From Haliotis cracherodii (lineage: Eukaryota), in NCBI RefSeq assembly GCF_022045235.1, contig NW_027266341.1:9052001-9116000 (forward strand): a DNA stretch of 64,000 nt, in the 5' to 3' direction. The translations under genes and the position numbers were made by a program. The notes beneath the pieces were generated by a model. The model was not told the origin of the DNA. It ran no database searches and worked only from the letters and a program-made list of their open reading frames with translations. Of the stretch, positions 37,896 through 50,280 are shown piece by piece (the stretch's first letter is position 1; every line of letters starts with the position of its first letter).

Positions 37896-38868
37896 TTCCC
37901 CTCTCCAGGCAAACGTACTGACCAAATGATCATGGAGGCGATCCTCGAAATTGTAAAGCGTCTTACACCACGCATTGTTAAGATCAACTCGCGACGGAGC
38001 CATTCCAGAGAGCCATTCCTCGTACATCAAGCAAAAACGACTCACGCAATATAAATTCAGACAACTGAGAGAGGGCTCGTCAATTGATATTCAGGACAGT
38101 CACTCGTATGTTCTCCTTAACGTTATGGTAATGACCATCAGACGTAGATTCTGGATTTAGTACCTTCCTGTGCGTTCGGCTTTTTCTTGTGCATTCAAAT
38201 TTTTTTAAATAGTCTTACATTTGGTTGGTAAAATGAGAAATAAAAATTTGAAATGAGTTGGAACGAATCCTGAAAGTATTCTACTACTTCCATGAATGTG
38301 TAATTGTTTTAACTTAATGCAACACGCAACGCGCACTCCAGGGGCTATTTCCAAATCAAAGAAATGTGGTTTTATGCGACAACGAAAGTACATGTCAAAT
38401 TCATTCTGATAAATGTGCACTTGTGTTTTAGTTTTGCGACTGTTGTACGCCTGACTAGCAACACATTTCAACGGCATTTTGAACTGTTTGGGAGGTGAGT
38501 ATATGGGGCAATTCTCTATGACTTTCGAATGGGCATACAAGTAAATACTTGAATTTGAACAATACCCACAAAAGCGAAAAACCGTAACGGTTTATAGCGT
38601 TATATTTATTTACATGTGTATTTACTTAACACGACTTACAATGCTGCTGGTTGCTTCACGTTGTATATTTTGTACGGAATCATGGTTCATTATTCTATGA
38701 TATAAAGGTTGGTCGCGCCGTGATATTGCTTGAATATTGCTAAAAGCGGGGTATAAAACATACTCACTCACTCTACAGGTAAATATTTGATATGTGATGG
38801 TCCTGTATACAATGCTAACATACGCTATTCCCATTTTCATTCTTCTCTAAACAGATTGTGATTTGTGT

Positions 38869-39410
38869 CTTAATACTACCAACGATTGTTATTTTTTATC
38901 TTCAAAGGGGGTTAAAGTAGTGTAAACAATTTGTCCCCCTGAAAGGATATGTAAGACCAGATCATTCAAAGTACCTTTATTCCTACCACAATTTCAAAAC
39001 GTAGTATATTTGTCATTTTATTTATTTATTTATTTTGTCATTTGATGGCTAAATTCCGATTCATCGCCATGAGCTGAAGGGATGGTGTAAATCCTGCTGG
39101 GGAACCGTGCAGGTAGCAGAAGTATCGTAAGTCCCAACGGCCCCTAGCTAGTATGGTGCCTGACTTTGGTTGCTGGTGATCTCTAGCTCGTTTTTATCAT
39201 GTTTTGTTATGTAAAATGACATCGTGTTATCGTTCCAAACTAGTTTTAAATATGTCTGTGATGCTCTTGTTATGTTTCTGTCCTTTGCTGACAGTTTTCT
39301 TTTAGGAAGTCATACATATTTCGTATTCATGTCTAAATTGTTGTAGTCACGACATGGCTGAAATACTGCCGATGTGACTATAAGTCTTAACTCACTCACT
39401 CACTCACTCA
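38869..39410 (+). mobile_element. 5'-truncated LINE 3' UTR (probably I/Nimb clade) with (ACTC)n tail
   Basis: cacgacatggctgaaatactgccgatgtgac..(actc)n terminus; flanking direct repeat AGATTGTGATTTGTGT (38853-38868, 39428-39443). Confidence 0.6.
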
Positions 39411-40104
39411 CCTATCCTTCTGTTTAGAGATTGTGATTTGTGTGTCTGTATTTGAAACGAAAACTATATGTTATGCACCATTGTACATTTACCACTAAAT
39501 TTAAATCCGAAAACATAACGACCTATGACCCAATCATCTGAGATAACACCGACACTCTGGCATTTTTTAATAACACAACGCTTGTCATTTACCCTAATAA
39601 TTGGACATATTGTGCTAAATTCTTCAGAATATTAATGACCTGTCGACACAATGGTGCCGTAGTATGTTGGTCATCTATTGCTCATATCAGAAACTACTTG
39701 ATCTGTTTCAGGCAGTGCACTGTGCACTTGGCACTGGCGACATATAAGTCCCTCGAGGTATATGTAAATTGGTGTCTGTTTCATTTCTCCCGATACATAT
39801 TTGTATGATAACCGTGCACAAAGACAATCGCTCACTCTGTTAGAAGTGACATGTGAAGTGAATTGCTGATATCACCACTGCACAGACATATTTCACATGG
39901 GAGGACAAGAAAATCATTTTAGGAGAGGATTGCTTTGAATTGCTACCAACAGAGACGTCTTGGAGCGTGTCATGTTACGCTAGCATACATGGCTGTACTC
40001 TTCTTCACTGTTAAAGCTACATGTGCTGGGTGTCGTCTGTAGCCTCCCTGCATAACACGTGTCGTATGTTATGTACATTAGGGCACAATGCTGTAAGAAC
40101 CCCA

Positions 40105-40342
40105 ATATTGTGTTTTGTCGTTTAACGCCGCACTAGGACATATTCCAGCTATATGACGGCCGACTGTAAATAATCGAATCTGGGTCAGACATTCCAGTGA
40201 TTGACATCATGAGCATCGATCCACGCATCAACCAAGTCAGCGAGTCTGACCATGCGATCCCGTTAGTCACCTCTTACGACGTCGCCTTTTACGACAAGCA
40301 TGGGTTGCTTAAGACCTATTTTAACCCGGAACTTCGCGGATA
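40105..40342 (-). mobile_element. Nin-domain-like SINE
   Basis: Reverse family match. Confidence 0.85.
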
Positions 40343-40439
40343 CTAGCCGTTAGTGATGTATGAAAGTAGATATCATGACTGCTAATAATGTTGATAGACG
40401 ATAGGGGTAATGTGGGAAATTGGGGTTATATGGGAATTT

Positions 40440-42043
40440 AGTTGACGTTCCTGGATCGGTTGTGTGTAATACGAGCACGATTTGTCAACATTCATTCACT
40501 CGAAGAGGCATACTGCTTATGAGTCACCGAATGGCGATTTGAGCACTTGGCAAAGTTCAGCCAACGTAATCGGCTACAGGTCTCTCTGTCATGTCCTAGG
40601 CGTGTTATAGATATCCATGGCATGCCAAGGATGTTGTGCTGCTTGAGATGAGCATTGACGAACCGTGCACGGTGAGCACGGGCGTTGTCTTTCTGAAAGA
40701 CAAAACGTCGACCCACACGCCTTTCAAACAGGACAACAAAGCGCGTGTCAGTATGTTGTTCCGATGGTACTGTCCAGTGACACTTCCTTGTACAATATGG
40801 AGTGGGGTTCGCTCAGTCAAAGTTATCCCAGCCCCATACAATAACCGAACAACTGCCAAATCTGTCATGAGACCTCAGGTTGTCTTGGCTTGACCTTCAT
40901 TTTAACGTCGCCAGACACGACCAGCGCAAATCAAGGAAGTGATTGGGGACTCATATGAGAACATGACACGTGACCGGCGACGATCAACCTACTTGCCACG
41001 TTGTGTACAACATTGAGGCCTGTTGGCTACATCACGATTAGTTAGGGGCGGCACAACATCTCAAGGATGGAGATGATCAGCATGCAGTTTGATTTGCCGT
41101 TTGAGCTCGATTTCTCGGAGCCTATTCTCGGAGCCTATTCTCGGAGCAATCGACCCTGCCCTCTTATCGTTGACCTGGGAGGGGTCAATCGTCCACATAT
41201 TGGTTTTGTTGGTACCTGTTTCATAGTCTGCTAATCACAAACTGTGAAACATTGAACGCATTGGCCACTGCACGCTTTCAGTCAGTTTCCAGCATCCTAA
41301 TTGCCAGTGGGACGTTCCGCGCGTTGAAGACGCCGGATTGCTAGTTCGTCCATAAACAATGAATGAAATCAAGTAAATATAAATCACAACTGCATGATAT
41401 GTAGAATCAATAAGACTGACAGACATTATGGTCCACAGAGGTTAATCGAACTCTTTGAAAGTGTCAAAATCAGGAATGACACACAATGCATGTGTGTGGC
41501 GCTACTGCGTGAAGCACGTGCAAATTTTATAATGTGTTTTGGTGTTCAGTTTTACAGACATAAACGTTCTTGCATAAGATGTTGTCGTCATCAATCACCA
41601 ATGTCCAAATAGTAGGTATTAGCATTTAAATTTCACGATCCCTTACATTTTGGAAGACTAAACGCATTGTGCGATGTAAATGGATTCTTGACCCGTGGAG
41701 ATCCGGGATAATATAGGTCTTCAGCAACCCATGCGTGCCGTTAGAGGCGATTGTGCTTGTCGTAAGAGGCGACTAACAGGCTCGGGTGGTCTGGCTCGCT
41801 GACTTGGTTAGTGCATGTCATCTCGTCCCAATTGCGTGGATCGTTGCTCATGATGTCAATCACTGGATTGTCTGGTCCCGGCTCGATTATTGATTAAGGC
41901 GTTAAAAAAGAAGAAGAAACAACAAACGATTGTTATGTCCATTATTATCATACAACTATTACAAGAAACTAATGTCTCTAATATAACAATTTTGGAATCT
42001 TAAGTTATTTTCGAGTATCCCTTCTTTTTTGTTGACAACGTAT
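40440..42043 (-). mobile_element. Second, more decayed Tc1-like relic interrupted by a SINE
   Basis: FVFQKDNARAHRAR, GITLTERTPLHIVQG motifs; 13-bp TCTCGGAGCCTAT tandem at ~41113-41147. Confidence 0.78.
41690..41927 (+). mobile_element. Nin-domain-like SINE
   Basis: Starts GACCCGTG; duplicated core; A-rich tail. Confidence 0.88.
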
Positions 42044-42442
42044 ATTTATACGGGCCTGGATACTCTGAGACATTGGCGTTTTTAATGCGAGTGATTGAGT
42101 TTTGTTTGACGCAGCGTTGGACAATACACCAGTATCACTGCGTCCTGTCAGCTTGAAGTGAGAGAAATACCCAAAGTGGTACAAGTGGTAAACTTAGGTA
42201 TGGTGCTGGCAAACAAAGAAGTCATGTCAGGACGAACAGATGGAGGTTTCCGGCACGCCTTTGAGACGCACCTCCGCGCAGATAACTGTATCGTTTCAAC
42301 TCGCAGCTAAGTCTGCGCCGACAGCACATACTACGTAACTTTGCCATTCTGATCTTTAGAAACAGATACGGAAATATACGCCGCTAGTTTGTTATTGAAA
42401 GTCAAGGAGTAGTGTTCATGCTCATGGTTGTTCACATGTGCA

Positions 42443-42720
42443 GGGGCGGTCGGGTAGCCCAGTGGTTAAAGCGTTCGCTCGTCACGCCGAAGACCCGGGT
42501 TCGATTCCCGACATGGGTACAATGTGTGAAGCCTATTTCTGGTGTTCCCCGCTGTGATATTGCTGTAATATTGCTAAATGCGGCGTAAACCCATACTCAC
42601 TCTACGTTTGTCAGCACCATGACTGTTGGATCTGCATCCCTTTCCGCTGATGTGATATAACTGGCATATTGTATTACTTCATTACCAAAGGGCAATATGA
42701 AAGAGAAAACTCACTCACTC
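42443..42720 (+). mobile_element. Short tRNA-derived SINE carrying ~107 bp of 3'-transduced flank
   Basis: A/B boxes; second (ACTC)n tail; TSD TCACATGTGCA (42432-42442, 42719-42729); extra segment matches 46799-46905. Confidence 0.88.
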
Positions 42721-42921
42721 ACATGTGCAATTTTCTTTGATGTGATATCGACATTGGAGGATATTTCAGACGATGGATACGTTTCAAATGTTAATTATGT
42801 AATATTACCTTATGAAATAGCATGAACTTAAAACTTCTCAGCTTTCATGCATCTACTAAAACAAAGGTTATCACATATTATGCTTTCTACCAGTTCATTT
42901 CAAATAATAATAACAATCATA

Positions 42922-43088
42922 CAGGATACTACGGTTATAACGAACTAAAAGGGACCAAAATTCGTTATAACCGTAGTTTGTCATAGGCACATATACACCC
43001 TATAAACAGAAAATGGACGGGGCCCCAAAACAGTTCGTTATAGCCATCAGTTTGATATAAGCGTGTGCGTTATAAACGTAGTTTACTG
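42922..43088. mobile_element. Tc1/mariner/pogo-type MITE
   Basis: TA-flanked TIRs CAG..ACTACGGTTATAACG / CGTTATAAACGTAGTTTACTG and internal CGTTATA repeats. Confidence 0.8.
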
Positions 43089-43120
43089 TAATAAACCAAT
43101 ACAACTGTATTGAGTAGTGA

Positions 43121-43282
43121 GGGGCGGTCGGGTAGCCTAGTGGTTAAAGCGTTCGTTCGTCACGCCGAAGACCCGGGTTCGATTCCTGACATGGGTACAA
43201 TGTGTGAAGCCCATTTGTGGTGTCCCCCGCCGTGATATTGCTGGAATATTGCTAAAAGCGGCGTAAAACCATACTCACTCAC
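43121..43282 (+). mobile_element. Short tRNA-derived SINE, full length
   Basis: A box TAGCCTAGTGG, B box GGTTCGATTCC, (ACTC)n tail, 13-bp TSD TATTGAGTAGTGA (43108-43120, 43283-43295). Confidence 0.93.
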
Positions 43283-43295
43283 TATTGAGTAGTGA

Positions 43296-43515
43296 ATTGG
43301 TTTTAACGCCGCTTTGAACAGTATTCCAGTTTTATCACGGGATGTCAGTTGGATGTGGGAGGAAAGTCCGATGTGATGCAGGTTTTAGACATTTACCACT
43401 TTGGTGAAACCCACGGGTATGGTGCAGGGATTCGAACCCACGACCTTGGATTGCTCGTGTGCCCAAGGGACGCAACACTGCACAGCGGTTTAGATGACTG
43501 GGCCAGCCATGCCCA
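43296..43515 (-). mobile_element. SINE with tRNA-Leu/Ser-like head and long A-B spacer
   Basis: Matches 50281-50552 and 58238-58520. Confidence 0.8.
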
Positions 43516-43599
43516 CTGTATTGAGCTTTTTCATGGTAATATCAAGCTTAAAGATACCCTTTATTACCCCGACCAATGGATCAGTTTTCGTTCACATAT

Positions 43600-43930
43600 G
43601 AGAGTGTTTCATGTTTATAATGCAGAGTTACATGTGTCTTTAAGAGTTTAATGTGTATATGACAGACTTGCATGTGCTTTCGACAGACTTGCATGTGTCT
43701 TCGACAGAGTTCCATGTGTCTACGACAGACTTGCATATGTCCACGACTGACTCGTATGTGACAAAAGAAGAGTTGCACGTGTCTGTGAGAGACTTTCATG
43801 TGTATTTGACAGAGATGCGCGTGAAAAGGACAGACGTGCGCGTGTCTCTAATAGAGTTGATTGTGTCTATGACAGAGTTACATTTGTCTTGGAGAGAGTT
43901 TCATGTGTATATGACAAGGTTGCATGTAAT
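43600..43930. repeat. Degenerate 21-bp minisatellite (GACAGACTTGCATGTGTCTAC-like)
   Basis: About 15 diverged tandem units. Confidence 0.85.
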
Positions 43931-43934
43931 TGAT

Positions 43935-46900
43935 GTACGCCTCTCCCTGGTGGGCCTAGATAGGGACGGTTTATTCCTCTGAACTAAACGCATATGACGC
44001 AGTTATGGTTGACCCCCCGAAGCTGAATCACTACTGGGTTACAGATCAACCTGAAGAAAATCATCGTTCAAGTCCGCAGCCCAGTCAGCCTCCCTCCGGT
44101 ATAAAAACCAACCAAACTGGAGATGTGACTTGCCCCAGGGGGAGGAATAGAACCCACCCATGAATATCTTGAACGCACCAACTGAAGTACACACTTCTTG
44201 AGTGTACAAAAACAACAGGGTGGCCAGATATACCAAGAGTAAATGGCAAATTATTGAAGCAACATTAGGACAAAGCCATGCCAATGTATGCATACCTGAC
44301 AATGAACCAAAAAAGGGGGTACATAAAATCATCAAAAGAAAAACCGGTTCCGGGTCAAACTAATTGAAACAAGGAAATAAATATCCTGGATAGAACTTGA
44401 TATTACGTTCCCCCGGGGCAATCGATGTCAAAACGTCAAAAATCAATTTGGAAATAAATAAAAAGAAAGTGTAAGGCATAAAAAATAGTAATGTGTTTTT
44501 TGGTGTTTATTTACACCTGATTGCCTGCAAATGGTAATTAAAAAGTCCAAATCTAAGACGGCGCCAGGGCCGGTTGGAATGAAAAACCGGTTGGGAAACT
44601 GTTCCCATTTGTCCAAACACCATTACGTCACTCTTTAAATTATCTTGTGGATACCGGGTGTGTTCTACCTAGGTTGTGCAAAGGTCGAACAATGCTTCTC
44701 CCAAAGAAAAGTGATTTAACTGACTCCAAAAAGTTCCGCCATTTACTTGTCTGAACACACTGAACAAATATTTAGGTCATCCTACTGCGCTTCCAATGAT
44801 ATTAGTTACGTGCAACAAAAAAGGAGCCAGAAAGGGATGTTGGGCTTGTGAGGATCAATCGCTTGTATAGAAAATGATCCCTGAAGAAGCTAAAACTTAA
44901 CATTGTAACCTCTCAATGTGTTGGATAGACTACAGACAAGCTTATGATTCTGTACCTCACGAATGGAATTTAAAGACACTGCAATGTATTGACCAACCGG
45001 AGAGACTACTTGTTTTACGCAAGTGTTTAATCAATTGCTGGTCAACTCAACTTGATTTTCGCAAGGGCAGGTGGTGACTTCGGAACCCATTTCTGTTAGA
45101 AGAGGATTATTTCCGGTCTTTTAGTCCTTTGTTTTTCTGTTTGTCCTTAAATAATTAAAGCTTTTTGCTTTGCAAAGAGGAACTTTATCACCCTGGACCG
45201 CCTCAGCACAGATCCTCAACACACATTACTCACGTCCTTGACATGGATTACCTTGAACTTCTTGACAATGGAGAATCCACTCTGAAAAACACATTCTCCT
45301 TGAGTTCTTTTCTTATGATATCGAAACGTGGCAAGGTGGAAGGAGGACCAAACAGTTTACTTAGGGGAAGGTCAGGCCTACACGTACTCAGGGATGCAGG
45401 TTAAGGACAAACTCCAGAATACCAATATAAAGGAAAAACCTTCGGGCAAAGTACAAATGTAGACTTGAGAAAATCTGGAGTTCAGAGTTGAACGCAGGCA
45501 ATAAAGTCAAAGCCACAAATACCTATACACTACCCGTCCTTTCGTATTCTTTTGGTGTTGTTGATTGGACGAAAACATAAAATCAGGGTATTGACACCTC
45601 ACACGAAGAATCATGTCAGATAATAGATCTAAACACTCTCGCTCTCCCCTTAATCACTTATATTTACGTTTGATTAACGTGGAGCTCTTCATTGTAGAAT
45701 AAAATTGTGCACTTTTGCACACATTTATTTGTCTAATGATCCTTTTGTGAAGCATGTCACGAATCATGATGGAAACAAAGCATTCCACAGATTTCTTAAA
45801 CGAGCCAAAGGTTTGGGACACAATCTCTATGTCAAAGTTGATTTTGGAGGGTTCTGTACTGCAGGACGGTACAGAAATGGGTGTCAACCAAGCGAAGTGC
45901 CACATGAAATCAGCCCTTTCAATGAGATGCTATCTTAACGACCACTGCATCTAGTTCGTGTAGTGTGTTGAGGAGGTGAGCAACCCTGCAGAGTCCTTCG
46001 CTTGGATGAAGTCGACTGGCCTGAAAGGGAAAACAGAAGGCTTTTTGTTACCTGCTCAAGACCAATCACTTCCCACTCGAAACCGTCAACTTTACATATG
46101 AAGTGCAGAGTATGCAAGATGATGACATTTGACGTCATCGAAGCCAAGGACTGTTCTTCTTAACACACTGCATATAAACTTGATGCAGAGGATCATCAGA
46201 CAGATATGTGCAAATGTGTGCAAAAGTGCACACAAAACTTATTATTGAAAGTAAAAGGTGTTTCATAGGCTTATATCATCTACACATGGGTCCAGCTGAT
46301 GTCGAAAGTATTTTCCCCGATTTGCATTGTTCACCGAGTAGAAGGGGAATGAACTTGTAGGCATTGATGCAGATGAACATCAGGAACAGTAATCTTGGCG
46401 AATTTGATACTCCAACCGACGACCATAGATTTCTGAATTAAGGACGCCACACTGCACGTTACATCCAATCCCCACAATTCTAGAATTATGGTCAAACCTG
46501 TACTTTAATCAATTACAATGACGACTGTTAGGTTTTTATTGAACTCTTCGTTCAGGCACTGCCCTCCGTAACAAAGCAAAACGCGATTCTGGCATTTGAA
46601 TCCCAGTTCTCTCTGATTATGTTTCTTAATAGTTTGTCGGGCCGGGCGGGCAGCCAAGTGGTTAAAGCGTTCGCTCGTCACGCTGAAGACCTTGGTTCGA
46701 TTCCCGACATGGGTACAATGTGTGAAGCCTATTTCTCGTGTCCCCCGCCGTGATATTGCTGGAACATTGCTAAAAGCGGAGTAAACCCATACTCACTCTA
46801 CGTTTGTCAGCACCATGACTGTTGGATCTGCATCTCTTCCCGCTGACGTGATATAACTGGCATATTGTATTACTTCATTACCATAGGGCAATATAAAAGA

Positions 46901-46950
46901 GAAACAGGAGTACCATGCTGACGTATTTCTAAGGAAGAGCGCTATAAAAT
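43935..46950 (+). mobile_element. Decayed R4/Dong-clade non-LTR retrotransposon
   Basis: Collinear motifs APGP, PFTCLNTL, LSMCWIDYRQAYDSVPHEW, RRGLF, ITHVLDMDYL (=YMDDL), WSSELNAGNKVKATNTYTLPVLSYSFGVVDWT, AQDQSLPT, CRVC. Confidence 0.85.
46639..46798 (+). mobile_element. Short tRNA-derived SINE inserted in the R4 relic (putative source of 42443 copy)
   Basis: A/B boxes; TSD core GTTTGTC on both sides (46632-46638, 46802-46808). Confidence 0.9.
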
Positions 46951-49329
46951 ATGATTCCTACCTTCTGGCTAGTCCCAGTTGTTTTTGTTAAAAGTACAAA
47001 AATCATATTTCAAAAATGTATATGAGCAATTCCCAAGAATTACAAAGCCTATAAAGCTTATGTTTGTATCAAAAATAATGTTTGTGAACATATGATGAAC
47101 ATATTTGCTTTTTATTCTCTTTTTTTCTCAGTAAAATATTGCAAGAGAGTTGCATATTCAGAAATATTTATTACTTCATAACAAAGTTGAAAATCAACAA
47201 ATTTCAAACTGTTTGTAACTGTTGTTCAGTTTCTTGGTATTATCTTAAATACAGCCGACTGAAATATTTACAGTTTTGTAATGATGCTTGTCACGAATAT
47301 CAGCTTTAGCATTATGAAAATAATCAAAATTAAACTAAACAGTAGAACCTACTGGCACTAATCAGTTGTTTCCCGACACAATATGTCGAACCTAACATTG
47401 ATCAGTCTTTTCACGATGTCATTTTATCCAAGTGTTTGACTAAATAATGACACATTTTTGCTTGTGTTTGTGATGGCGACAATACCCACAGTGACATTGT
47501 ACAGAGCAATAATACTCCGTCCACCCTTGTATCAGCCAATCATGAAATCGTAGGCTGCTAGTAGGCGTGGCCTATTTTTCGGTTTATGGTAGCAATAACG
47601 CAAACGGAATAGCATTGCTAGTCAATTTGATGCCATAGAATAACCTGCACTGTATTTGTTTCTAAATGAACATCTGAAAGGATATATGATTGATAATACA
47701 TTCAATCATGTTCTTTTATATCCTTTTTTTTTGGATGTCGAGGCTATCTACCACATTTTAGAAATAGTATGCTCCGTGCGGACCGCGTGAGCTTCCATAG
47801 CAGGTTGGCATAACCTGCAGCTTCTTGGAAGACCATAACAGTCACATTTGATGAAGAATCATCGATATTTTGCATTACGTGGATTAGAAGGAAACGGCAC
47901 ATGTGTCGGTGTTATTAATGAACTGTCACGGAAACAACAGATTAACAACGTTCATATCACCATAAATTTAGCAGGATGACAAAAGTAAACGTCAGAAACA
48001 CAATACATTTTGAAGAATTAAAACACAAATGAGATTTAGAAATGTACCAGTTAGATGTAATATTCATTATGGAAAGACTGTCAATTCTTTATAATATAAT
48101 GTATTCGAGAAACACTGGGAAAGGTTTTAGCCATTTGTAATAGCTTCACAAACCAAACAGAGTAATCAGTATGTCCCTTCACCTAGTGAGTGTCGCAAGC
48201 GCCGAGATCGGATGGCCAGGTTCTGTGCTTTGGCTAATTGCGTGTTATCGCATATAAATGGCGTGGTTCGTTGCCCAAGCTTTTGATCAAAGACTATCTG
48301 CTCCAGAATCGATGATTACAGTCCGTCTTAGTATAGTTGGGTTTATGTTTAGTATGGCGTTAAACAATATTCACTCACTCTGTCAACTTGTCATCTGTTT
48401 GTATCCAAGTCTGTGCCGGACCCTAAAATAATTTCATGGTAAAACACTTCAGAAATATGAAATACATAATTCATGTATAAATCATAAAAAATAAGAGGAC
48501 AAGGAACATATGGTTCCACACGTTCTCTCACGGACGCTGATCAGTATTAACTCGTCTGAGTTGACACATGCTGTAAAAACCGAAATCTGTGTTTTTCAAC
48601 TTCAAACGTTACCGTACGTCTTCAAAACACACACGCCATAACCGATTGACAGCTACGGCGAGGTCGCGTGTAGTATTTTGTCCAATTTGCACCAAAACAC
48701 TTTCCCAAGTGAAGAGCTATCCGAAATTTATACGCATCGAAGAAGATTCGTTTCAGGGCAGTTTCAAGCACTGCAGTACGACCTGCTGTCTTCTTACACT
48801 TCACCAGTAAAACCTGTGAATAGTTCTGATTACTTGGAGCCGCAAAGCCAAAACTCATCAAACCTTCCCGTCACCACCAATTAGACAATGCCTAATCCGC
48901 GTCAAGGAATCGCCGTTGCCTGAAAGAACTGGTATGATGAACTGGCAATGCGAAATTAAATTTGCAACCTCTGACCCTCTTGGTGGATCGGAGCCGTTAA
49001 TGACCCAGGCCTTTGGTCGATAACGCCAAATAGAGCAATAGGTCTTTGAAAGGTTTCAGCTGGGGAAAGGATGGCAGTGTTCGGCCTTCGCTGGCATATT
49101 GGACAGGTCTGGCATTATGCATATTGTGATTGGGACGCCGGATGACCGTTATTCCCAGATACTAAATTGAATCTATACAAACTATATTGATGTACGCTGG
49201 CGTTGAAATGACCCACCTTAACGATAATTACGTCAAAATCCTTTATTGCGTTTCTTTGCTAATTTGACTGATTAAAATTAAAGATAATAGTATAGCCTTC
49301 TTAATGTTAGTGAGTAAACTTTAGACGCA

Positions 49330-49550
49330 AACCATGCCTGTCATAAAAGGCGACTATGTATGTCGAAAGAGGCGACTAACGGGATCGAGTGGTCAGGCTC
49401 GCTGATGCATGTCATCGTATCCAAATTGCCTGGATCGATGCTTATGATATCAATCACTAGATTGTCTGGCCAAGACTCGATTATTTACAGACGGCCGTCA
49501 TACAGCTGGAATGCTGCTGAGTGTGGCAGTAAACAAGAACAAAAGAAACA
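49330..49550 (+). mobile_element. Nin-domain-like SINE, 5'-truncated
   Basis: gaggcgactaacgggatcg core and tail. Confidence 0.85.
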
Positions 49551-50280
49551 AAATTATACACTTTGTCTTCATTTTCTCTGTTTTTTCAATGCGTAATATG
49601 TGGAATATCCTACTCAAAAGAATGTAATACGGAATATCTCTCCCTCGTGGCCAAAGTCTCGGGATTAACACCATTCAATCACGACGGGACAGATGATCCA
49701 TAATCGTCGAAGCTCGTTTGTTATTCTTCTGCACTGTGCCTCTTTGTGCAAAATAACTTTTGCAGAATATGAACAGAAATGGCGAAATGTTTCCCAAGCC
49801 AATAAAAGACGTGTCCGTAATCGTAAATGTACATGCATGTCGTTACAACAGTACAAAGATGTTTATACTTAACTATTGCTCTACATTGCTAGACCTGAAA
49901 CCTGCGTAAAAACTATTTCAATTTTACGTCAGGCATAGGCAAACCAGTGATTGATATTATGTGCAACGTCCCATGCCGTCGGGTTATGATGTCAAGCAAT
50001 CAACCAGGTTACAGAATGGTAACCACTTCCTCGCTCACTAATTATACACGTCCACATCACTGTCCACGGTAACTGCCTGAAAACATACAGTATCTCTGAA
50101 AGAAGAAACCATTTTTCTATTTTCACAACCCATTTCTTGCAGGGCATCTACATGTAGCATATCCAGCAGTAAATTTTCACACCAATTACTCCACTGACAG
50201 CCAAAGAGGATCAGCCCTATGGTATGTTGTTGAAAGAACCGTTTGGGTTATCTCTACGTTCTTCTCTAGTTTAAGTGTGA

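Noticed and set aside
38639-38693. Minus-strand exon candidate MNHDSVQNIQREATSSI|gtaagt
   Set aside because: Phase incompatible with the 35239-35300 candidate and adjacent to a SINE remnant
42443-42520. Functional tRNA genes at SINE heads (also 8907, 43121, 46639, 56148)
   Set aside because: Acceptor stems incomplete; each continues into a SINE body and tail with TSDs
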